Positions 54,300 to 64,000 of a DNA stretch of 64,000 bases are shown here, in pieces. Each line of letters begins with the position of its first letter. The first letter of the stretch is position 1. Under the pieces are notes generated by a model. That model ran no database searches. It saw only the letters and a list, made by a program, of their open reading frames with translations, and was not told the origin of the DNA. The position numbers and the translations under genes were made by a program. The stretch lies in assembly GCF_009914755.1 (NCBI RefSeq), contig NC_060937.1. The stretch is one strand, 5' to 3'. This DNA comes from the human T2T-CHM13v2.0 reference genome, Homo sapiens.

Positions 54300-56100
54300 G
54301 TTGGTAGTGGAGTGGGGTCCTTCTTTAAGGGATCCAGCCTCCCTTTCATTCAAAGGGTTCTGGGTGTATAAACTGGTTCATGTCTGGAGATTGAGGGGCT
54401 GTGATTCTCTATTTTCATAATTGAAATTAGCCTTTCTTCCAGTTGACCTGGAAGTTCTCTGCTTATACAAATTAAGTAAGAATGCAGTGGGATTCCTATC
54501 AATTTTACTTCTAGGAACACCGTGATTAATTAGCCAATGCCAGAGCTCTACATGAGTCAGACTATTCTGATTGCTGCCTTGCCTCTGCTGTTCATCACAG
54601 TAACTACGCCCACATTGCCTCTGATGACTGAGTGCTGTCACATGGCCCCTGCCACCTTGGGATCCAATTATTCCCATTGCATTTAAATTGTCTAATTGAG
54701 TGACTGCAATTTCCACTGTAAGATCTGGTATACAGATAGGAGCAATCACAGAGCTCTTCAAGGATGCAGGTGCTCCCCTCACAGATCTATTTCACAAAGT
54801 ATTGGTAAAGGGTGTGTCTTCTGGACCATCCCAGCTGGGATGAGTAGATCTAAGGTCATGAATCCACTATAGCATTCCAATCTTCCTAAGCCTTTGGGTC
54901 CCTTCCTCTACATTAAACCAAGGGAGACCAGGCATTTCCAGCTCTCTCACAGTGGATAAATTATGAGAACCTTTTTTGGTTTTGTTTTGTTTTGTTTTGT
55001 TTTTGCGATGGAGTTTTGTTCTGGTTGCCCAGGCTGGAGTTCAATGCGGTGATCTCAGCTCACTGAAACCTCCACCTCCCAGGTATTAGAACCTTTTTCA
55101 GCTCCTTGAGCTGCCACATTAAATGCAGGATCTCTGCTTCATGGGTGCATATCAAGAAATTCAGCCTGATCCAACTTTATGTTCCTTCCACCATTATTCC
55201 ACACCCTTAATATTCAGTCTATGACTGTTCTCCAGATTTCTGCTTATATAAATTAGAAAACTCTAGCAGTTCTTTTTGAGTGTAGCACACCTCATGGGTC
55301 GCACTCTGAACCTCACCTCTAAGGTCTTGCCAGAACTTGAGTCTAGTTACAGGTCTAAAAGCAAATAGCCGTGTTGGGGGTAGGTCCTGAAGAGAATCAT
55401 CATTGTCTTACCTGGCCACTGCCTCAGGGGAGGCTAACACTGTTGACTCAGGCAGTGCATGGTTAATCTCCTCAGGCAAAGGTGGAAGGGCTGATGGCAT
55501 ATGGGTGGAGGAGGAAATGTTGCCACCACTAGGGGTGGGGAGGCTCTTTCCTCTGGCAGAGAAAGCTCATCAGAGTTTACAAGCTCTGTGATTCTAGCTT
55601 CATCAGGGTCCTCCCACGTGTCCCCATTCCAAGTTGCAGGATCTCATTCTTTTCTAAAGTGAAGTCAATGCCTTCACTTTAATGAGAGAGCTGATGAGAC
55701 TGAGCGTGCACCTGTCATTGCAGGTCAGCCACTCTCTTGATGAGAAGTTGTATCTGATTTTCCAAAATTTCAGCCCTTCGTCTACAGGAGACAAGACTCT
55801 CACTCAGGGTAATCTTAGAAGACTTGAGGCTCAGTATGTGCTCCTGAAGGAAGGAGTTAGAATCCTTGAGTTCATTATTTTATTTCATCACTTTGTCCGA
55901 TGAACTTAGGAGCAACCAACCAACTTCATTTTATCCCTTGGTTCTCCACATGTGGTCAAAGGTATTATGTATAGAGTCACTAAACTCTTTGCCTCTCATG
56001 AGTGGTGAATTAGGAGTTTCAAATGCACTTATTTTGCATAATTCTCTAAACAGTTCACACCAAGGACTATTGATGTTCTCCATACTATTAGAAGTAGTCT
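54300..56100 (-). pseudogene. HERV-L gag remnant
   Basis: ORF 54378-54782 (RGAPASLKSSVIA...LWHWLINHGVPRSKID) is ERV-L Gag-like. The rest is broken. Boundaries approximate. Confidence 0.8.
54977..55083 (-). mobile_element. Severely 5'-truncated Alu inserted in HERV-L gag
   Basis: (GTTTT)n tail plus about 80 bp of the Alu right arm. 15-bp TSD tat(g/t)agaaccttttt at 54962-54976 and 55084-55098. Confidence 0.9.
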
Positions 56101-56215
56101 TTAGGATTTTTGGGTTTAAACATGTTAAGCAGCCAATTCCAGAAGCTCTAAAACCAACTAAAGAAATACATCCCTACAATTCTGTTCCTCTAGAACCACT
56201 CCTGTTACCAAAATC

Positions 56216-56751
56216 TGTATTAGTCAGGGTTCTCTAGAGGGACAGAACTAATGGGATAGATGTATATATGAAGGGTTACTTATTAAGGAGTATTGACTCA
56301 CACAATTACAAATTGAGTCCCACAATAGGCCATTTGCAAGCTGAGGAGCAAGGAAGCCAGTCAAAGTCACAAAACCTCAAAAGTAGGGAAGCTGACAATG
56401 CAGCCTTGTCTGTGGCCAAAGGCCCAAGAGCCCCTGACAAACCACTGGTGTAAGTCCAAGAGTCCAAAAGCTGAAGAAATTGGAGTCCAATATTTGAGGG
56501 CAGGAAGCCTCCAGCACAGGAGAAAGATGAAGGCTGGAAGACTCATCAAGTCTAGTCCTTCCACATTCTTCTGCCTGCTTTATTCTAGCTGCACTGTCAG
56601 CTGATTAGACGGCGCCCACTCAGATTGAGGGTGGGTCTGTCTCTCCCTGTCCATTGACTCAAATATTAATCCCCTTTGGCAACACCCTCATAGACACACC
56701 CAGGAACAATACTTTGCAACTTTCAATCCACTCAAGTTGACACTCGATATT
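56216..56751 (-). mobile_element. HERV-L 5' LTR (MLT2A2-like)
   Basis: tgtattagtcagggttctctagaggg...caagttgacactcgatatt. The terminal aaccatcaca is lost at the LTR8 junction. Confidence 0.92.
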
Positions 56752-57426
56752 GCCTTGTCCATTGCCTACACAGAGCCAGTTCATCAAGACAGGGGAATTG
56801 AAATAGAGAAAGAGTAATTCATGCAGAGTCAGCTGTGTGGGAGACCAAAGTTTTATTATTACTCAAATCAGTATCCCCAAGCATTCAGGGAGCAGAGTTT
56901 TTAAGGACAACTTGGTGGCTGGGGGGGAGGCCAGTGAGCCGAGAGGGCTGATTGGTCAGAGATGAAATCATAGTGAGTCCAAGTGGTCTTCTTGCACTGA
57001 GTCAGTTTTTGGGTGGGGGCCACAAGATCAGATGAGCCAGTTTATCAGTCTGGGTGGTGCCAGCTGATCCATCAAGTGCAGATGGATCAAAAGTCTGCAA
57101 AATATCTCAATCACTGATCTAAGGAGCAGTTTAGGGAGGGTTAGACTCTTGTAACCTCCAGCTTCATGACTTTTAATGCATAATTTCTAACTCATGGCTA
57201 ATGTTAGTACTACAAAGGCAGTCTAGTCCCCAGGCAAGAAAGAGGTCTGCTTTGGAAAAGGGCTGTCATTGTCTTTGTTTTAAACTATAAACTAAGTTTC
57301 TCCCAAAGTTAGTTCAGCCTATACCCAGGAATAAACAAGGACAGCTTGGAGGTTAGAAGCAAGATGGAGTCAGTTAAGTTAGATCTCTTTCTCTGTCTCA
57401 GTCATAATTTTGCAAAGGTGGTTTCA
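56752..57426 (-). mobile_element. LTR8 (ERV1) solo LTR
   Basis: Minus start tgaaaccacctttgcaaaattatgac and internal atcaagacaggggaattg...ttttattattactcaaatcagt. The left terminus is clipped. Confidence 0.85.
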
Positions 57427-58961
57427 AAAGTAGATGAAAATTCCTGATAAATTGGATTTAAGTTTAGGGGAAAGAGAAGTCAAGGTTGACGACTAGGTTT
57501 TTAGTCCAAGCAACCTAGTGAAGGTGGTACCTCTACTAAAACGGGGAAGAGGGGCCAGAAGAGCTTTTTGAGAAACAAACTTTTGGTCATATTAATATTG
57601 AGAACTCTATATAAATCGAATTATCACTTAAACTGTGGTGACTCTGGTACTAGAGCTCAGGAGAGAAATTAGTGTTGAAATACAAAATTTTGGATTCAAA
57701 AGCACACTGAGTATATCTAAAGCTAATCTGTAATCCCTAATATTATATGCTGGTGGTTGTATTCCTTATCCTAGCACTATTGATTTAATAATGCAATAAG
57801 ATAGTTATCCATTTTCTTCCTCTGGATAAAGTGCACTGATTTCTTTTCCTTTTAAAAAATATTTGCTGTCTATAAAATAAACCCAGACCATTCTATTGAT
57901 TTGAGCATGCTTGTTGGAAGGTCTTGAACCTCTTTTTATGCCTCTTCTCTTCGAAAAGAGATAACAGATTCACAGTAAAATATTGAGAAAAATTCAAAAT
58001 GTGTTTTATAAATACAGGTTCTCATTCTTCACATAGCAGATACTCAGTAAACATTTTTATGTTCAATTAAATTTATAAGCAAAAGCAAAATATTATTATG
58101 TTTAAAAAAAATCAGAAAGTTAACTAAGTAAATTCATTTAAAACATATCCAACTCCACCACCTAAATATACAAATATTTTACATCTGTAATTCTTTCAAG
58201 TAGTGAACATCAAAATCACTTGGAGTGGTGTTTCAAAAGTCCATGTCCAAGTCTCACTTCCCAGAACTCTGATTCAGTGTATGTGTGCGGGACTCTGGCA
58301 AGTGAATTGGGAAAAGACCGATATACACTAGATCCAAACTACTTTTAGCAAAAGATCTTGGATTGGCACTGCTGACTTTAATCTCTCTTACTTACTTTTC
58401 TTTCTTTCTTCTTCTAACCAAACTTCCATTTCAAGTTTCAACCTACAGATAAATTACCTTATTCCTTAAGTTGCCTTGTCCCATACTGAGACAGTCTTTT
58501 CAAAGCAATTTTGAATAGTGTTGATTATTTCATTATGCTTGCATTTCGTAGATGAATTTATATGGGGCCATTTTCCCTTGTATTTTAAATAAGCAGGCTT
58601 ATCATCGCCCCTTGTCCACTATTGTTCAGCTGTTAACCAAGCTAAAGATTTTTTCAGTTTTTTCCAAATAATAATTTTTTCACTGCTCTTGATTCCGTCA
58701 TTCAATTATAAAATTCATGTATTAATCTTTATATTTTTAGAAATTTGCATTAAAAAGCCTCATCCATGTATATAATCTATATTAATTATTTTCTAAAATT
58801 CTGCTCCTCTGCTGTTTATAACTGGCCATTAACTTCATCTAAAAACTTCGTTGTCACTGGAAAATCATAGTTTTATTTCAGAATACACATAAATGGTCAA
58901 AATATACACATTTTATATTTTCTGAATAGGAAGTCTAATCTTTCAAAGACAATGAAAAATC

Positions 58962-59263
58962 TTTTTTTTTTTTTTTTTTTTTTGAGATGGAGTCTCACAC
59001 TGTCACCCAGACTGTAGTGCAGTGGAACCATCTCGGCTCACTGCAACCTCTGCCTCCTGAGTTCAAGTGATTCTTTTGCTCAGCCTCCCAAATAGCTGGG
59101 ACTGCAAGCACGTGCCACCACACCCGGCTAATTTTTGTATTTTTAGTAGAGATGGGATTTCACCATATCGGGCTAGGCTGGTCTCGAACTCCTGACCTCA
59201 TGATCCAGCTGCTTTGGCCTCCCAAAGTGCTGGGATTACAGGTGTGAGCCACCACATCTTGCC
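58962..59263 (-). mobile_element. AluS
   Basis: Poly-T plus a full dimeric Alu reverse complement. Confidence 0.93.
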
Positions 59264-61769
59264 AAAACCTATTTTTTATATACTTAGAATTTTGCTTTAA
59301 TTTTGAGAATCTTTTCTGTATTATACTAACAAGTTTTATATTTTATATTTCATTTCAAAAGCAAAACTACTGTTGAATTCCCTGCACTGATCATATAATA
59401 GTTGCTTCTTTGTGAAACAAATTCAGATTATGCAATGGAGTATACAGTGAAGATAGTGAGATTAATTTTACTCTGGATCTATGGTGTCATTTCCTTGGCA
59501 ATTGCAAAATTTCTCAATGCCAAATTTATAAAGATGTTAATTTGTCCAAGCATTGAAACATAAATATATTGTTAATAAACATCCACATTTATTAAAATTA
59601 TTTTCCATATGCAAACATTTATTTCTATCATTCTGGAAAATTAAGATATAAACTATCGGGAAACATACTGAAAAAAGTAATTGAAAAATAAATGGTTACC
59701 TATAAAATATGTTCATGTTGAAAATCAAAATCACCTCTGTTACAGGAAAAGAGGTGGGGAAGAGCCCACTGGAGCCCACTGGAATTCTAGTTTCTGCCTA
59801 CGACAAGACATGTCAGATGGACACAACTTTAAAACCTAATCTTCCATTTAGGGGTATCCTCACACTGATAAAATGTTTGTATCAGATCTAATGTTTATTT
59901 ATTTTTTTAAATTTGGCTAGTTCTAGTAATATATTAATCAGTCACGAGTCAAAGCTTTAATTGCATGCCAAATCAATGATGAATTTAAATCATTGCTCTA
60001 GCAGAAAAGTTTCTCAACAACTAATTATTCAAAAACAAAACAAAACAAACCTCAGTAATCTACATTGACATCTTATTGCTTGACTAGTCAGAGTTTTGTT
60101 TGTAAACAATAAAAGTCAACTTTGGCTAATGTACAAGAAGAGAGAATTAATAAAAATGGTGTCAAAAATGTAATATACTCATTGGGAGGCTGAAAAACCA
60201 AGCTGGGGTATAAAATTGGCCACAGGAATAGCCTCTGAGGTCTATAGATACATCGCTCCATGCCCCCAAATCTTAACTCCACAGCAGCTGTTGTAAATTT
60301 CCAGCCATTCTTCTGCAGTGGTTACTATGCCTTGAACATCATGTATAACATCAAACTACAATTACATAGTGGAAATTTGTGGTGTAAGACAGTGTTGCCA
60401 AAATGCTTTCCCAATGTAAAAGGTATTTAAATCTGAGTGGAATGTAAATGTATTAGACAGGGTCTAGTCAAGAAGAAGAAGACAAATCAATTTTTCTAAA
60501 TAAGAAGAATTTGATATAAAATTGTCACTTGTAAAAAAAGGGACAAATTACTAAAACTTGTTAAAGATAACTCCAAATGACACATAAATAGTAAGTAGAT
60601 GTAGAAAACGGCCACTTTTAAGTCTGAGTACACAAAGAAGGAATAATCTTGGAAGCAAGTCCACCCATGACCAAAGCTGAGATGACAGACCTTGATGTTG
60701 AGGGTGTAGCTACGGTCTCCTGGATATTAGGGAAGTTAGCTGAGTTGCTGTATTGCTGGCAGGATAAAGCCAGGGAGTAGAAATTGCCCACTGTGCTGCT
60801 GATGAAGCTCAATGACCAATGTGGAACTTCAGCTCTACTGAATACCAAGAGCAAGGAAACTACATGCCAAGGTGCTGGCAAAACTTGCTGGAGGATGGAA
60901 AACACTGGATCTCTACCACACTTCTCCCAGGGAAGCCAGGTCCTAGGATGCCAACAAAACATGCTAGGATCTTGGTGCGATGTCAGTGAAAATTGCTGGA
61001 GGGTGAATACCACTGTTTCTTCTTAAACTACTAACACAGAAGCTGTTGATTTAGATGCTGGAGATACATTGGAGGGTGAGGGCCATTGAGTCTCCTTCAG
61101 ATAAGGGCAGACATTCAAGATTTGACTCTGGTTATGGGTCTAGGGAAGCTCACATTGACTTGGGAGTTTGACATGTCTTTTATCTGAATCCAAATGAATG
61201 TTTTCTTTCCAAGCAACAAGGTTCCATTATTTCCCAATCAATGCAACATTCACATGAGAAACATGGTGACATGGTGAATTCAATCAGTTATTTATCAACC
61301 TGCACATTTACTGTGTTTGACTTCTTAACAATATCAGCTTAGTGGCTAAAAAAATAAGAGATTCTTTGAAAGTTGTCATGGAAGCTCTCTGGTTTTCAGA
61401 TCGTGATTTGACCTGAGGGTTAACAGATCTGAACTTGTCATTTTTGTAAGTGTTCCAGTGCACTCAGCAGACTCCTCTGCTTATAAGAATTATACCATGA
61501 TTATTATAAGTGTTATCACTGCCATAATGGTCAAGTGCTACTGCCACTAAAGCTCCCAAGGCACATACTTCAGTTGGTGCTTCATCAAAATCAAACACGG
61601 GTGGTAGCTTGATTCATTGTTATGCCACTGCATGCCTTGATTTATGATTATCATGCTTCCCAATGATCAGTGTATCAGCAATGTGCTCAAGCCCATGGCT
61701 ATGACCAAATAGATCCCCAAATCCATCTTTAAAGGTTTATCTGTTAGAGCCCCATCCAGTACCAATTCT

Positions 61770-62520
61770 GCATCAGAATCGGTCCAGTTAAGATATAGGA
61801 ACCATATCAGGAATTGGTATAGGGAAAACTTAACACACAAAAAAATAATTAACTAAAAGTGATTAACTACTAAACAGAAGACAGCACAAAAAAAAAAAAA
61901 ACCAGAAATAACAAACATAGAGAGCAGCTGCTATATCTATGGCCAAGGAAGAGTATCCAAGGAACAAAGAAACATTGAAGAACCACTCAATACCCCAACC
62001 TGGGCTGAAAGCCTGACTTTGTTGAAGAAGATGGGCATCTGTGGCCCACTGGATGACAAAATTTGCAGAGGTCCTGCAGTCCAAACCTGCTGAGCAGGGA
62101 ATGCCAACCAAGATGCCAGCTGTCCAGGCCTGGCAAGCCAAAAACTGTCACAGGGTTGTCCAGCAAAATTTGAATGTCAGACAAACAATGAATAAAAGTA
62201 TAGTATAAATATGTCCCAAATGTTGCCAAAAAGTTTCTATGAAATTCAAATTGAGTGTAGTGACTTGTATCTTTATTTGGTAAATACAGCAATTCTACTA
62301 TGCAATGATGTAAAACTGCCCAGAAGGTGTGCACCACTGGTTCTCCTACACACTACTAGCAAGGAAGCTGCTAGACTCTTTGTAATGCCATCTAATGATA
62401 AGCATTGTACCAGGTATCAAAGAAAAAAAATGGCTGGGGGTGAAGCACTTCCAATAAAAACAGAAAAGGCCAGAAATGATAGATTTGGAGCTGAGAAACA
62501 ATAAATTAGTAACTGGCATG
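61770..62520 (-). mobile_element. Ancient ERVL-class LTR (LTR78/79-like), interrupted by MER53
   Basis: Begins tgcatcagaatcggtccagtt next to a PBS-like ccagtaccaattc and ends tttggagctgagaaacaataaattagtaactggca. Family uncertain. Confidence 0.5.
62152..62298. mobile_element. MER53 palindromic MITE (internally deleted)
   Basis: agggttg...aaatttgaatgtcagacaaacaatgaataa...tatgtccca...tgaaattcaaatt...tgtatctttatttggtaaat. Confidence 0.75.
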
Positions 62521-63354
62521 AAAGATGTTCACTATAAATAGCTTAAAATATGACTTGATAAGTCATTTGAAAACAATATACAAGCAATATTTTAAAGCTT
62601 CTTAAATCACCAATTTTATATTTGTATATTTAATTTTAAATCGAGTGAGCATTTGTTTTCTTTTCAGGGATTCTTACACATTATAGTATTATGCATTCAT
62701 AATATTTGTCAAAAAAATGTATTTCAAAGTGATACTTTGAAATGATGGCTACAATCATTAGTGGCAGTGAATGAATTAAAGTCCTGTGTAGTGAGTCATT
62801 TCTTCATAACTGCATAATTCATTGCTGTAGTTATATTTAAAAACTATCAAATTTGAGGGTTGATAAGCTGGAGAAATGAGCTAAACATAGTGTTTCTCTG
62901 ATTATATGAGAGTGGTTTTTTTTCCTATGCGAGTGACATTTTGCAATGATGGAGTTTCAGTAAACTGCCATTAGATGCATTTTTCTGGAGTAGAAAAATA
63001 GTAACTGCTAATTTTGGTTGGATATGAAGGCCTACAATTATATTTTCTTCTACCCACAGAGCTATTTAAGATTTTTATGTTGTACAATGGTTTGTAGTAG
63101 CTTTTTAAATTTTTTTCAGGGATCTGAATGTCAAATCCATTGTGCAGTTCTGCTACACAGAGATATGATCAAGTTGTTTTTTTTTTTTTCTCACATAAGG
63201 TAAAAGAAAGCATTTGAGGATTTTATATCAGTGAACTTTAAGAAATGAATAAATTTGCATTTTATTTATGCAAACATAAATTTGGCATTTTGTAGACAAA
63301 ACATCTTGAGTGTCTTTGCGCATATGTGCTAAAAATAATTTTTTCAAATAACCA

Positions 63355-64000
63355 TGGCTGAGGATGGCTGTTATTAAGAGGAGAAGAAATAACAAGTGTT
63401 GACAAGGATGTGGAGAAAAGAGAACCATTGTACACTGTTGGTGGGAATGTAAATTGGTGCAGCCATTATGGAAAACAATATGGAGGGTTCTGAAAAATTA
63501 AAAATAGAACTATTATATGACCCAGCAACTCCTTTTCTGGTTATATGCCCAAAGGAAATAAATTCACCTCAAAGTGATATCTATACTTCCATGTTCACTG
63601 CACCATTATTTATGATAACTAAGATATGAAAACAACCTAAGTGCCCATTACAGATAAATAGATAAATTGTGGTACATATATTCAATGAAATATCATGCAG
63701 CCATAACAAAGGAGAGAAGTCATTTGCAACAACATGGATGAACCTGGAAGATATTATGGTAAGTGAAATAAGCCAATCAGAAAGATAAATACTGCATTAT
63801 ATTACTTATATGTAGGATCTTTTTTAAAAAGTTGAATATTTAGAAGAACTATGGTTACTGGGTATGGGGTGAGACAGAAAATGGGCAGATGTAAGTCACA
63901 GAGTACAAAGTTATAGTTATGTAGGATAAATAAGTCTTTTTATTGCATTTTGTATTAAAATTTTGCTGAGAAAGTAGATTTTAGGGCTCTTAACACACAA
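63355..64000 (+). mobile_element. L1MA/MB 3' end (ORF2 C-terminus and 3' UTR), runs off the window
   Basis: aacaagtgttgacaaggatgtggagaaaagagaacc...tgttggtgggaatgtaaattggtgcagccattatggaaaac...catttgcaacaacatggatgaacctgga. Confidence 0.92.

Larger units (their letters stand above)
49927..56751 (-). mobile_element. HERV-L provirus with MLT2A LTRs (gag-pro-pol-dUTPase, no env)
   Basis: Two ~540-bp MLT2A direct repeats, a tRNA-Leu-like PBS at about 56193-56210, and protease, RT, RNase H, integrase and dUTPase remnants in HERV-L order. Confidence 0.96.

Noticed and set aside
62721-62743. Perfect 10-bp hairpin atttcaaagt-gat-actttgaaat
   Set aside because: Roughly one such AT-rich stem is expected by chance in 64 kb.

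Overview
AT-rich, CpG-depleted, repeat-dense primate DNA, almost certainly human because it carries an AluYa5-lineage insertion. It looks intergenic or deep intronic. I found no recognisable cellular protein-coding gene, RNA gene or CRISPR array. Main content: (1) a 5.7-kb env-deleted HERV-H provirus on the minus strand (12034-17740) with a perfect tRNA-His PBS, plus a separately integrated solo LTR7 about 0.8 kb upstream (18537-18970); (2) a near-complete decayed HERV-L provirus (MLT2A LTRs, gag-pro-pol-dUTPase, ~49927-56751) abutting an LTR8, both nested in an old L2; (3) an LTR1-family solo LTR, many MaLR/L1/L2/MIR/MER fragments and 13 Alus or Alu fragments. I see no evidence of a new multi-gene system. 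The best leads are a probable gene-conversion tract between neighbouring LTR7s, a twin-primed (5'-inverted) Alu, an L1PA2 with a mini 3' transduction, a very young deleted Alu, candidate minus-strand exons next to a MER20 with a long open frame, and a PATRR-like AT-rich inverted repeat. Family and subfamily names come from recalled consensus sequences, not from a database search.
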